Assembly: GCF_963921235.1 (NCBI RefSeq)
Contig: NC_086097.1
Location: forward strand, 94,552,001-94,616,000
DNA: 64,000 nucleotides
Origin: Mobula hypostoma
Taxonomy: Eukaryota
Direction of reading: 5' to 3'
The notes under the pieces were generated by a model. That model made no database searches and had not been told where the DNA came from. It was given only the letters and a program-made list of their open reading frames with translations. Shown here one piece after another: positions 51,350-64,000 of this stretch; the first letter of the stretch is position 1, and every line of letters begins with the position of its first letter. The translations under genes were made by a program, and so were the position numbers.

Positions 51350-52380
51350 CACTGACAACACCACGTCCCTTCCCAAACAGCTTCTTCGCTTGTTTTTAAC
51401 AGAAGGGGAATGGAATGTCACCTCCATCTGGACAGCCTCTAATGCATCCGAACCCCCCATAGCGATTCTCAGTGAAAGACCAGCCTTTTGGCAAATGAAC
51501 CTACAGAAAGCATCTGGCCCAGATGGCGTGTCTGGCCGTGTCCTGAAATTCAGTGCAGATCAGTTGGTGAGGGTATTTGCAGACATTTTTAACCACCTCC
51601 CTGGTTCAATCTGAGGTTACTACCTGCTTTAAGGAGACTAATATCATGACAACTATCAAAACAACTAACACCATAATTATTCTAAGAAAATCAAGGTAAA
51701 TTAATGACCACTGACCAGTGGCTCTGACATCCACCACCGTGAAGAGCTTCAAGAGGCTGATCAGGCCCCATATTAACTCCAGCCTCCCTGACACACTCAA
51801 CCCACTGCTGTTCACCTGCTGCCAAAACTGGCCTTTGGCGGACACCACATCCCTGGTCCTTCGCTCATCTCTAGACCACCTGAACAGTAAAGACATCTAC
51901 ATCAGAATATTGTTCATTGACTTCAGCTCCGCCTTCAATACTATAATTCCAAGCAAACTTATCACCAGACTCCGAGTCGTGGGAGTCAACACCTTCCTCT
52001 ACGTCTGTCTTCTTGACTTTCTGACGAATAGACTGCAATCAGGAAGAATAGGCAGTGGCAGCTGCCCTACAGTTGTTCTAAACAATAGTGCTCCCTCTGC
52101 CTGTGACTGTAAGAAACTGCAGAGACGTTGAAACAGCTCAGCACATCACAACCCCAGCCTCCCTTCCACAGATTCTGTCTTTACTTCTCAGTAAATCAGC
52201 AAGCATAATCAAAGGCCCTAGCCACCCCTGACATTCTCACTTCACCCCTCTCCCATCGGGTAGGAGATACAAAAACCAGAAAGAATGAACCACTGTGCTG
52301 AAGAACAGATTCCACCCTGTGTTATAAGACTATTGAATGGTTTCCTGGTATGATAAGGTGGACTCTTGTCCTCACAATCT
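51350..52380 (+). mobile_element. Rex1/Babar-type LINE fragment
   Basis: KASGPDGV, ALTS..KSF.RL, RILFIDFSSAFNTIIP. Confidence 0.8.
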
Positions 52381-53480
52381 AGACCATAAGACCATAAGAA
52401 AAGGAGTAGAAGTCAGCCATTCGGCCCATCGAGTCTGCTCCGCCATTCTATCATGAGCTGATCCATTCTCCCATTTAGTCCCACTCCCCGGCCTTCTCAC
52501 CATAACCTTTGATGCCCTGGCTACTCAGATACCTATCAATCTCTGCCTTAAATACCCAATGACTTGACCTCCACTGCTGCCCGTGGCAACAAATTCCACA
52601 GATTCACCACCCTCTGGCTGAAAAAATTTCTTCACATCTCTGTTCTGAATGGGCACCCGTCAATCCTTAAATCACGCCCTCTCATACTAGACTCCCCCAC
52701 CATGGGAAATAACTTTGCCACATCCACTCTGTCCATGCCTTTCAACATTCGAAATGTTTCTATGAGGTCCCCCCTCATTCTTCTAAACTCCAAGGAGTAC
52801 AGTCCAAGAGCGGACAAACGTTCCTCATATGTTAACCCTCTCATTCCTGGAATCATTCTAGTGAATCTTCTCTGTACCCTCTCCAACGTCAGCACATCCT
52901 TCCTCAAATAAGGAGACCAAAACTGCCCACAGTACTCCAAGTGAGGTCTTACCAGCGCCTTATAGAGCCTCAACATCACATCCCTGCTCCTATACTCTAT
53001 TCCTCTAGAAATGAATGCCAACATTGCATTCACCTTCTTCACCACCGACTCAACCTGGAGGTTAACCTTAAGGGTATCCTGCATGAGGTCCCATTGCATC
53101 TCAGAACTTTGAATTCTTTCCCCATTTAAATAATAGTCTGCCCGTTTATTTCTTCTATCAAAGAGCATAACCATACACTTTCCAACATTGTATTTCATTT
53201 GCCACTTCTTTGCCCATTCTCCCAATCTATCCAAGTCTCTCTGCAGACCCTCTGTTTCCTCAGCACTACCGGCCCCTCCACCTGTCTTTGTATCATCAGC
53301 AAATTTAGCCACAAAGCCATCTATTCCATAATCCAAATCGTTGATGTACAAAGTAAAAAGAAGCGGCCCCAGCACAGACCCCTGTGGAAAACCACTGGTA
53401 ACCAGCAGCCAGCCAGAATGGGATCCCTTTATTCCCGCTCTCTGTTTCCTGCCAGTCAGCCCACGCCCTATCCATGTGGC
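52381..53480 (-). mobile_element. 5'-truncated CR1 LINE
   Basis: (CCATAAGA)n tail; ORF 52632-53375 with FADD and LVRPHLEYC. Confidence 0.92.
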
Positions 53481-54066
53481 TATTCTACCTCATTATGACC
53501 TTGCACCTGATTGTCGACCCGTACTGTACTTTCTCTATTCTGCATTCTGTTATTATTTTATCTTCTACTATTTCAGCGCATGGGATGCATGGGAGGGGTA
53601 GCACCTCTAGATGGGGGGGGGGGCTTGTCACACTCCTTGGAATGGCTCGTCATCTATCGGTCCCCACCAACGCCCAGCTCTCACCTGTGGCTCCCCGTAG
53701 CTGTTTGCATGCGACAGCGGCCACACCTCGAGCAACGGCTTTGACAGGCCGGCTAAACCAGGTGAAACCCTTGGTGAGATAGGGAGTGTGCTCATCCCAG
53801 CATGCGAAGACTGCTTCGGTGGATCAGGCGGAGGAAACCCCGGGGGTTCAACGGCTGAGAAGGCGTTGCAGCAGAGCACTGTGGAGTGCGTAGGGCACGG
53901 CAGAGCTCTTAAGAAGACGCGGCCATCCAATGCAGCCAAGGACGTTTCCAGACGTAACGATTCTTCGTGCCACTGGATCCTGACTTCTGAGGCCAAGATA
54001 GTGGGATTGTCTCTGTGCAAGGCTTTTCCACTTTAATATCTTTCACGCACTGGTTACATTGTAAAA

Positions 54067-54272
54067 GGTCGGCTGGTGGTGCAGTGAGATCAGCGCTGGG
54101 CTCGAGAACGGAGGTTCCCCAGTTTGAACCGGTGACGGACCGCCTCCGAGCGTGCTCTCCGTCCGTGCCGGGTTGATGTCGAGCTCGCAGCTCGGCCTCA
54201 TAAAAAAAACACTGCCACCCTGCACAATGTAGTCTTCCTCAGACCCCGAGAGACAACCTTTATTATTATTAC
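54067..54272 (+). mobile_element. tRNA-derived SINE
   Basis: A-box-like TGGTGCAGTGAG, B-box-like GTTTGAACC, (TTA)n tail at ~54260. Confidence 0.55.
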
Positions 54273-55368
54273 TATCTCAATGCACTTTACATCACACCTT
54301 GGTCATCATCACTATTATGTGCCATGTCATAGACATGGACGATCATGGTCTACCCACGACCATGGTTTTTCTTGGCAAACTTTTCTACAGGTGGTTTGCC
54401 ATTGCCGCCTTCTGGGCAGTGTCTTTATAATACGGGTGACCCCGAAGCATTTTCAATACTCTTCAGAGGTTGTCTGTCTGGCGTTAGTGGTTGCATAACC
54501 AGGACTTGTGATGTGCACCATCACTACGTGCTCCGTGGCTTCACGTGACCCTGATTGGCAGGTGCTACACCTTGCCCAAGGATGACCTGCAGGCTAGCGG
54601 AGGGAAGGAGCGCCTTACATCACTCTTGGCAGAGATGTATCTCCACCCCGCCAGCCACCCAATTAGTGTATGTGACAATCAAAAGCAATTTCAATTCCCA
54701 TTCCACACGTACAGTGAAAAACATACATGCCCGCCATCTGCTCTGCACAGAAAAACATCGAGGGAGTACAAGCGGAAATAAAAGAGAATGCATAATATAA
54801 TGTCGCAGTTACAGAGCAAGTGCAGGGCAGTCAGACAAACAAAGTGCAAGGGCCACTTTGAGGAAGACTGAGAGATCAAGATTTTATCCTTGTTGTGTTA
54901 AAGGGCTGTTCAGAAGTCTTATAAATTTGGGATAGAAGCAGACCTTCAGCCTGGTGATTTGTGTTCTTGTCTCTTCTGGCCGATGGTTGGGGTGAAGATA
55001 GGAGAGATGATGACTAGTATAGGAGAGGTCTTTGATTATGCTAGCTGATTTCTTGGGTCGGTGGGAAATGCAGATGGAGTCAATGGCTGGGCTGGGCTGT
55101 GTTCACAACTCTCTTGCAGAATTGGGCAAGTGTGATTATCATACCAAGCTGTGATGGAATACCTTTTATAGTGTATCTATAAAACTGGTGAGGGCTGCCA
55201 AATTTCCTTAGCTAGCTGAGAAAGTTGAGGTGTTGGTGTGATTTCTTGGCAATAGAATCTATTTGACCAGACAAACGCAAATTATTGGTGACTTTTACAC
55301 CTAGGAACCTAAAGCTCTCAAGAACCTCCCCCTCAGAAACAGAGTCATAGAAAAGTACAGTACAGAAA

Positions 55369-55990
55369 GTAGACTACAGGATTGAGTTTAAGAGCCGAGA
55401 GGTAATGTTGCAGCTATATAGGACCCTGGTCAGATCCCACTTGGAGTACTGTGCTCAATTCTGGTCGCCTCAGTACAGGAAGGACGTAGAAACCATAGAA
55501 AAGGTACAAAGGAGATTTACAAGGATGTTGCCTGGATTGGGGAGCATGCCTTATGAGAATAGGTTGAGTGAACTTGGCCTTTTCTGCTTGGAGCAATGGA
55601 GGATGAGAGGTGACTTGATAGATGTGTACAAGATAATGAGAGGCATTGATTGTGTGGATAGTCAGGGGCTTTTTCCCAGGGCTGAAATGGCTAGCACGAG
55701 AGGCCATAGTTTTGAGGTGCTTGTAAGTAGGTACAGAGGAGATGTCAGGGTTAAGTTTTTTACGCAGAGAGTGGAGAGTGCGTGGAATGGGCTGCTGGCA
55801 ATGGTGGTGGAGGCGGATACGACAGGGTCTTTTAAGAGACACCTGGATAGGTACATGGAGCTCAGAAAAATAGAGGGCTATGGGTAACCCTAGGTAGTTC
55901 TAAGGTAAGGACATGTTCGGCACAGATTTGTGGGCCGAAGGGCCTGTATTGTGCTGTAGGTTTTCTACGTTTCTACATTTCTACGTTTCT
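55369..55990 (+). mobile_element. CR1 3' fragment inserted in the tail of an opposite-strand CR1
   Basis: ORF 55405-55887; (TTTCTAC)n-type tail; AGAAA repeated at 55364-55368 and 55991-55995 (possible TSD). Confidence 0.88.
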
Positions 55991-58499
55991 AGAAACAGGC
56001 CCTTTGGCCCATCTAGTCCATGCTGAGCCATTTAAACTGCCTACTGCCATTGAACTGCACCGGGACCATAGCTCTCCATACCCCTACTGTCCATGTACCT
56101 ATCCAAACTTCTCTTAAACATTGAAATTGAACACTCATGCACAACATGCATTGGCAACTCGTTCTACACTCTCATTACCCTCTGAGTGAAGAAGTTTCCC
56201 TTCACGTTCCCCCTACACTTTTCACCTTTCACCCTCAACCCATGACATCTAATATTGATAAAGACAGCGGCTTCCTGAAGCCTATGAGGAGCTCTCTAGT
56301 TTTGCTGACATTGAGGGAGAGATTGTTGTCTTGACGGCATGTTACCAGGCTCTCATTGGTCATGAAAGACCCCAGTTACTCTTAACCAGCAGGCCAAATT
56401 GTTTGCACACCTGACACCACCAGAGTCATGAAATAAGCACTCTGTTCTGAGCTCTGTCATTGAAGAGATTAGCAGGTGGGCAGTGAGAAAGATCAAATCA
56501 AATGAAATTTAATTATCATTCAACCATACAAGAATGCAACTGAACGGGACAGTGTTCCCTCAGGTCCAAGGTGCAAAACATACACAGCACATTCAAAATA
56601 GTGAGCAAAAAACATAGCCGTGTATAAAACACATATACAACCCACGACCCTGAGTGACACGTCCCACAGATTGATGGTATAGTTCCCAGCACTGATTGAA
56701 CTCTACAGGGCAGCACCGATGGGAGAGGCCAGCCTCCAATCGAGCACAGACAACACACTACATCAGCTCCAGTGTCTCCTCACCTGAACTGCAGCAGCAG
56801 GTAAGCCCGCAGCTTGAGGCTTAATCCTCAGCACAACCTAGGCCACGCTGCTGCCTCGCCGTCTGTCAATCCACCAAACAAGGGAAACAGGCCTGCGGCA
56901 TCTTACATTATCAATGTCCAACAGGGTTCTGCGATCACAAGAGGAATGTCCACGACAATCACTCATGCCTTCGTGCACCAGCTCCGATGCCTTCAAGCAG
57001 CCGACAGAAACATGGTCTGCCACCAGGCCAACTCCTCCAAACCCAAACTGGCTCCTCCGACCCACCGGCAGGCTCCTCTGACTCCGATCCACTGGCCAGC
57101 TTCTCTTGCTCCAGCCTTCAAGGGTATGCTCAAGCACTCCTTGAAGAACCTCTAACCCCAGATGGCTCGGAGGAGGAGCGTTTTGGGATGGGACTAAGAA
57201 CCTCAAGCCCCTGTATCAGTACCAAGCGGAGATTATTGGAAGGAGTACACCACTGCCTGCTCTGCCTGCGGAAGAGTCTACCGTTCCCACACTGACCCCA
57301 CAACCCACAGAGCAGGACTGGAAACAAGCCATCCGAGAGCCCCCCGGAGAAGAAGGTGGCTGAATGAGTGGCTGTGCTGGGTTTGCTAAATATCAGGTTC
57401 AGTATAACCGGTTACAACATGCCTTTCCCATTGCCTGTGCTTGTCTGCAGAACAGCAGCAGTCACCTTCATTGTTCAACGTGATTTCCCAGGTTGATGAA
57501 TCCATAAACAAGGGAGTTCCTAACTAAACCTTTCAAAGATATGTAACTAGGTCACAATTATGATTTGAAAATGCTTCTTGGTGTGAATCAATTAGAGCAC
57601 TCTCTAACAGTTTATATATTCCTTGGTAATATAGAGATCAACTCCACCCAGGGGTTTTTATGTTGTTAGGGAGTCCTTAACCACAAGTGGCAGTTTATAC
57701 TCCCATTGTAATACCTAATTGAAGCTCCATGTGTAATGCAGGCTTTGTAAGATGTGTCTTGAATATGCGAGTGACTCATTGAAGTGCAGGCCTGAAACGT
57801 CGACTGCACCTCTTCCTCGAGATGCTGCCTGGCCAGCAACTTTGATGTGTGTTGCAGTCATTTGTTGCCGGCTTGTTAGAAGTGCAAGGGTGTGCTCTGA
57901 ACCTCAGCTCCCTGGGCTTGTCTGTGGAGCTGAGCGGCACTGTAAGACTCTGAGGCTCAGCTCCACCCTGACCTGCCCGCTCACTCATCACCGGTACCCA
58001 CAGGGTGAGCTCAGGGATTGGCAGCAGGTGAGGGTGATGAGTTTTTTTACTAAATGCAATCGTGAACAATAGCCAGATCAGAAATGCTGATCAAGTCAAC
58101 TAGTTCCCAAAGAGAACTCTGATAGGCCAATCAGATGGTTCACTGTGGCTCAGCAATAGAGCACAAAAAAAATCATATGTACAATTAAGAAACATTAAAA
58201 AATAGTAGAAATACTGGAGTCACGATGATCATGATGAAGTCTGCTGGAGAGAGACATTTATACACATGTTGTCCTCCATAATTCAAAGAGATTGAAGGAT
58301 AAGGTTGCAGGGTGACAAAATGTGGCAGGAGCACTTGGAACTAAAAACTAATCCCTACCGGGAGAAAACAACACCTGTTCTTTCCGCACTGTTCTCCAGC
58401 AGTTTAAGGACCAAGTCTAGCCGGAACATAACTCACAAGTGCTCTTGAAAGTCAGGTATTAACCCTACCTACCAACAACCAAGCATTGCCATCCTGGTC

Positions 58500-58720
58500 C
58501 CCTTCATGATAGTTTATGAAGAAGCATGTGACTTCCCTCCCAGAGACAATAGGTGTTTGTGCACTCGACTCTTAAAGGCTTGGACCCCATCGTTGCAGGT
58601 GTTTCCAACCACAGCATCTGGAAGGCTGTTCCAAATTCTGATAGCACAGTGAAGGAAGCTTCTACCCAGTGTGTAGGTTCTCGCATCAGGCATAGAAACA
58701 GCATGAGCAGGCATAGATAA
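58500..58720 (-). mobile_element. Old CR1/L2-group LINE 3' fragment
   Basis: RSF...IRIWNSLP..VV...FK motif. Confidence 0.6.
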
Positions 58721-60786
58721 ACTTGATCGTGTGGTGCGCTGTCTCTCATAAGATGAAGGCAGCATGGTGTGAAGGTCTGCAGGGCTGTGGCTGGTGTGCA
58801 TTTCGTATAGCAGACTCACGGAGAGATACAGATCATAAACAAGCCTTTCATCCCACCAAATCCAGGCCGAAACTCATTTACACTTATCCCAGTTACTACT
58901 CCCCCCCATTCCTATCAACAGCCCCCAGGTTCTACCACTCACCCACAAACCGGGGGCACTTTACAGTGGCCCAGCACCCTACCAACCTGCAAAAGATTTG
59001 GAATGTGGAGGAAGCTGGATGATCCAGGGAAAACCCTCATGGTCACAGGGAGCAGGAGTGAACTTCAAACAGACAAGAAAGGGGTTAGGATTGAAAGGGT
59101 TGCATTTCTGGCCCAATACAGATTGTGTACAGAGTGAGGGTGACTCAGTAGGAGATCTGCATTCATAGGACATGGAACAGTCGGTTTGCTCCACCATGTC
59201 TGGGCCAAGCTTGATGCCAAATTGAAGTATTCCCTTCTATCTGCCCATGATGCATATCCCTCCATCTCCCTTAATATCCATGTTTCTATCTAAAACACCA
59301 CTGTCATACCTGTGTCTACCGCTACCTCTGGCAGCCCACTCCAGGCATCTATCACCCTCTGTGTAGAAACTTGCCTCACTCTTCTCCTTTAAACTTACAC
59401 CCCTCCCACCTTAAACCTATGCCCTCTGGTATTCAGCATTTCTACCCTGGGAAAAGGACGCTGCCTACCTCCCCTACCTACGCCTTTCATACTCCTACGC
59501 ACTTCTGTCAGGTAGCCCCTCAGCATGGGGCGCCCCAGAGAAAACAACACAAATCTGTCCAACCCACAGGGCAGGAGTGGAAGCAAGTCATCCAAGAATC
59601 CCCAACGACTCCTGGACCTGCCAATGTGGACCCCAGACTCCTGCACCTCCCACCCAATGGCTGCAGTGAGAAGGAGAAGGGTCAAACCCCAGGCAGATGG
59701 GGCAGGCTCAGCTGGCTGACACAGGGACGTGAACTTAACTCTGGTTTGTCCTCCACCCTCAGCCTGCCCTTGTGATTCAATGGCATTTCCATCAACAGGA
59801 CCCACAGCTTTTTAGGCACCGGAGGAGTACCTGCACCAGAACAGAGAGGGAAGAGGAAAACTATAGGGTGACAGCACCATTTCTGGCTGAGTTCTATTGC
59901 CGGTCGTTTCTTGAGCCTCTGAGACTGTAAGGACAAGTGTTCTTATCTGCAGTCACTCAGATGGGTTCAGCTGTGATGGACTGAGCTGCTTAAGATGATA
60001 AAGGGTTTGATAAAGTACAAGATCCTCCCATCGTTGGCTATCAAAATTGCATCCCTTTGTATGATCCTCCTGCTGTGATAAGAAGCCTCTTTGATTTATT
60101 TACCAACTCTGCCTTTGTGGTGGGAATGAAACAAAAACCTGCACTCTTGTACAAGAAGCTTGGGCCACCACCATTTTACTGCCTCAGACAGATGTGAGGT
60201 CAGATCCTGCACTCGGAAACTGAACGTAAGAATCCAGGCCGTACCAAGGACGCACTGCTCCGTGGGGTTAAACTGAGCACCCGAGTGTTAAAGATCCCAC
60301 AGCGCTGGAATTATTCAGGTCTGTGGCACGAAACAGGCCATTTGGCCCAACTCATCCATACTAACAATGGTGCCCACTTGAACCATTCAGGACAGATGAA
60401 AAGAACTGTCTTCAGCAAAGGTTGGTGAATCTTTGTGGAGTTCTCCACCCTAGGGTCCTCTGGAGTTAGTCAGGTCAGAGATGATTAGATTTTTGGATAT
60501 GAAAAAATTAAGGGATTTGGGGTTACTGCAGTCGATCCAGGAGCCCGTCAGTTGTGGGCCACAGCCTCAGTTCAGCGCAGAGATGAGTAAATCTCGTGGA
60601 GCAGCGAGCTGAACACTGCCCATACATCTCTTCCGGTCCCGACACCCAGTTCCTTTTCAATCTGGTCAGGCACTTAAGCCAGCCAAACCTCCCAAACCAC
60701 AATCCGTGATAAACTGGGTAGACTTGGGTTGTTTTCCCTGGAGTTTCAATGCTCAGGGGAGATCTGATAGAAGTTTATAAAGTTAT

Positions 60787-61285
60787 GAGACTACCTAGAT
60801 GGTATATGAGGTGTTGCTCCTCCAACTTGAGTTTAGCCTCATCATGGCAGTCGAGAAGGCCATGTATGGACGTATCTGAATGTTGAGGAGCAACACCTCA
60901 TATACCGTCTAGGTAGTCTCCAGCCCCTTAGTATGAACATAGAATTCTCCAACTTTCGGTAATTCCCTCCCCCTCCCTTCCTCTATCCCTATTTAACATC
61001 ACCTCCCTCATAGTTCCGCCTCCTTCTACTACTGCGCATTGTTCTCCTGCCAATCACCTCCCTGCTTCCCCTCCCTCACCCCTTTGTCTTTCAAATTACT
61101 GTTTTTTTCAACTACCAGCATTCTTCAAACCCTCCCCAAAGTTCTTCCTTGAGTCCTGACAAAGGGTTTCGGCCCGAAACGTCGATTAATCTTTTCAACT
61201 GCTGCTGACTGACCTGCTGAGTTCCTCCAGCGCATTGTGAGTGTTCCTTTGACAACAGCATCTGCAGATTATTTTGTGTTTGTGA
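60787..61285 (+). mobile_element. Penelope-like element 3' end with inverted 5' segment and hammerhead remnant
   Basis: EEQHLIYRLGSLQPLSMNIEFSNFR* (GIY-YIG C-terminus-like); inverted arms 60787-60822 / 60885-60920; CTGACAA..GAAACGTC at 61156-61183. Confidence 0.8.
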
Positions 61286-61629
61286 AATGGAGACACCTCT
61301 TTTTCTTTTATTAGGGAGAGAGAGAACCCGTGGTTTGTTGAATACTGGGTGAATGAGTAGTCTTTGGGGTACTGCAGGTCTGTGTCTTTATTGATGCTTT
61401 GCTGCATGTTTGAGTGCTCGGTGGGGGGAGCAAATGCGTTTTGCTGGTGGGGGAGGGGAATTGTCGCTTTGCTGCTGCTTATGCGTCGGGGGGAGCTGGG
61501 GTTACAGGGCTTCTAACATTTAACTGTCTCTCATTCTTTCGGGAACTCCTCTGTTTTCGTGGATGTTTGTGAAGAAAAAGAATTTCAGGATGTATATTGT
61601 ATACATTTCTCTGATATTAAACTGAACCT

Positions 61630-62050
61630 ACTGAAAAAAATAAATAAACAATAAATATCAGAACATGAGATGAAGAGTCCTTGAAGGTGAGTCCATAGGT
61701 TGTGGGAATATTTCAGTGAAGTTGAGTGAACTTATCCCCTCTGGTTCAAGAGTCTGAGCAGCAATAACTGTTCCTGAACGTGGTGGTGTGGGTCCTGAGA
61801 CTCCTGTACTTTTACTGATGGCAGCAACAAGAAGAGAGCATGATCTGGGTGGTGGGAGGTTCGCTGATGATGGATGCTGCTTTCCTGCATCAGCGCTCTG
61901 TGTAGATGTGATCATTGGTGGGGAGGGCTTTACCTGTGATGGACAGGGTGATATCCACTATTTTTTGTAGGATTTTATGTTCAAGGGCATTGGTGTTTCC
62001 ATACCAGGCTGTGATGCAGCCGGTCAGTATACTCTCCACTACAGATCTAT
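61630..62050 (-). mobile_element. Rex1/Babar-type LINE 3' fragment
   Basis: RSVVESILTGCITAWYG..LQKIV. Confidence 0.8.
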
Positions 62051-62082
62051 AGATGTGGGAGGAAACTGGAGTTCTCAGAGGA

Positions 62083-62831
62083 ACATAAAAACATAAGATA
62101 TAGGAGCAGGAGTAGAACATCTGGCCTGTCGAGCCTGCTCTGCCATTCAATAAGGTCATGGATGATCTGACCATGGACCCATCTCCACCTACCTGCCTTT
62201 ACCCCATAATACTTAATTCCCCTATTGTGAAAAAATCCAACCTTGTCATAAATATATTTACTGAGGTAGCCTTACTGTTTCATTGGGCAGAGAATTCCAC
62301 AGTTACACCACTTCCTGGGAAAAGCATTTCCTCCTTATCTCCGTCCTAAATCCACTCCCCCAAATCTTGAGCTATGTCCCCTAGTTCTAGTCTCACCTAC
62401 CAGTGGAAACAACTTTCCTGCCTCCATCTTATCTATCCCTTTCATAATCTTAGATGTTTCTATCACATCTCCTCTCATTCTTCTGAATTCCAGTGAGTAC
62501 AGTCCCAGGCGACTCAATCACTCGTCATAGTCTAACCCCTCATCTCTGGAGTCAACCTGATGAACCTCCTCTACACCGCCTCCAAAGTCAGTATATCTTT
62601 CCTCAAGTAAGAACTGCACACAATCCTCCAGGTGTGGCCTCAACAGTACCCTACACAATTGTAGCATAACCTTTCTGCTCTTAAATTCAATCCCTCTAGC
62701 AATGAAGGCCAACATCCCATTTGCCTTCTTGATAGACTGCTGCACCTGCAAACCAACCTTTTGTGATTCATGCACAAGCGCTCCCAAGACCCTCTACACA
62801 GCAGCATGCTGCAATCTTTTACCGTTTAAAT
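62083..62831 (-). mobile_element. CR1 LINE 3' fragment, interrupted by a hAT element
   Basis: KKANGMLAFIARGIEFKS, LGLYSLEFRRMRGD; CATAAGA-type tail. Confidence 0.88.
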
Positions 62832-64000
62832 CAGTGGTCCGCAGCCACCGGGCCGCAAAGCATGAGCTACCGGGCCGCGAGGAAACGATATGATTTAGGG
62901 ATATTGGTCAGCCACACCTTTCCTCATTCCCTGTCACGGCCACTGTTGAGCTTGAACGCACGCGAGCTCATTACCCATGCGTCACCCATGTCAGCGCGGG
63001 AAGAATATCAACTCCTCGAGCTTGCAAATGACGGCGGGCTGAAAAGTATGTTTGACATAACATCTCTGCCAGCTTTCTGGCTCAAAGTCAAGGCTGAATA
63101 TCCTGAGATTGCCACGAAAGCACTGAAAACGTTGCTTCCATTTCCAACATTTTTCTGCGAAAGCGAGGTTTTCTGCAATGAAAACTAAATTGCGGAATAG
63201 ACTGGACATAAGCAACCCCTTCTCCCATCACCCCTCGATAGGACCGTCTTGTTGCAGGGAAACAAGCCCAGGGCTCCCACTGATTCAGCGATATTGGTGT
63301 GTTGCAATGATTTTATATGTTCATACGGGGAAAATATGCGTTTAATATCCAAATGTTACTTAAAATGTTATGATGCTATTGACTTATAAGTGACTTATCA
63401 CAATATTCATGCGAGGAAAATATGCGCTGTGTTTTTAATCTTAAATTCGTTAGATAAACCCTTTTAGAAACGAAATTGAGTGTATTAGCCACTTATTAGT
63501 GACTTATAGTTGACTTATCACCTATATTCTGGTCGTGATTAACATCTGCGCCCCCGCCGCCAGGGTTGCCAACTGTTCCGTATTAGCCGGGACATCCCAT
63601 ACATTGGGCTAAATTGGTTTGTCCCACACGGGACCGCCCTTGTCCCGCATTTCCCCCGCTAAGGTAGAGCGTTCCTATGAAACCTTTTGTGCCGAAATGG
63701 AGTAAAGTGAAGAAGCAATTACCATTAATTTATATCGGAAAAATTTTTGAACGTTCCCAGACCCAAAAAAAACCTACCAAATGATACCAAATAACATAAA
63801 ACCTAAAATAACACTAACATATAGTGAAGCAGGAATGATATGATAATACACAGTCGATATAAAGTACAAATAATGTATGTACAGTGTAGTTTCACTGAAC
63901 AGAATCGCCAAAAACGATGTAGAAAAAAAATCAGCACGTACACGTCACGCATGCGCACACAGGTGCCTGCGCAAGGCTTCATGGTCATGGTAGTCTTTCT
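62832..64000 (+). mobile_element. Deleted hAT (Charlie/Buster-type) DNA transposon; right end not in window
   Basis: CAGTGGTCC terminus; hAT dimerisation-domain motif FW.KVK.EYPEIA.KALK.LLPFPT..CE, then K.RNRLD..KQAQGSH*; second TIR-like CAGGGTTGCCA at 63561. Confidence 0.8.

Noticed and set aside
54067..54140. tRNA gene
   Set aside because: Only A/B-box-like motifs, no convincing cloverleaf; followed by a body and (TTA)n tail, so treated as a SINE
62763..63283. ZBED5/SCAND3-like host gene
   Set aside because: Only the hAT C-terminal fragment, frameshifted, directly behind a transposon terminus inserted into a CR1

Overview
Eukaryotic, repeat-dominated vertebrate DNA. The mix of CR1 LINEs with (TTCTATG)n-type tails, Rex1/Babar-type LINEs, Penelope-derived repeats, Tc1, Chapaev and Charlie-type hAT elements suggests a cartilaginous fish, probably a ray (inference, not a database result). 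No host protein-coding gene can be identified with confidence. Main structures: (1) a ~15 kb compound satellite (1448-16500) of several hundred copies of a fixed 14-mer, GCATCTACATGTCC, separated by variable (GT)n tracts. It has higher-order duplications (~0.6, ~2.14 and ~3.63 kb), and a CTCF-like motif and a strong 3' splice site lie just upstream. All long Val/Cys and His/Thr ORFs there are repeat artefacts. (2) A nested transposon cluster (~25.6-37.7 kb): a Chapaev3-like DNA transposon hosts a Tc1 element and a full-length chromodomain Ty3/Gypsy (Tf1/sushi-like) retrotransposon with a GCTTA target-site duplication and a self-priming-type PBS. The Gypsy element in turn carries a near full-length CR1 LINE in its integrase and a LINE fragment in one LTR. 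(3) Two solo LTRs, many truncated LINEs, small tandem repeats amplified from LINE pieces, and several Penelope-type minimal hammerhead ribozyme remnants. Boundaries were read by eye; those without a TSD or TIR are approximate.
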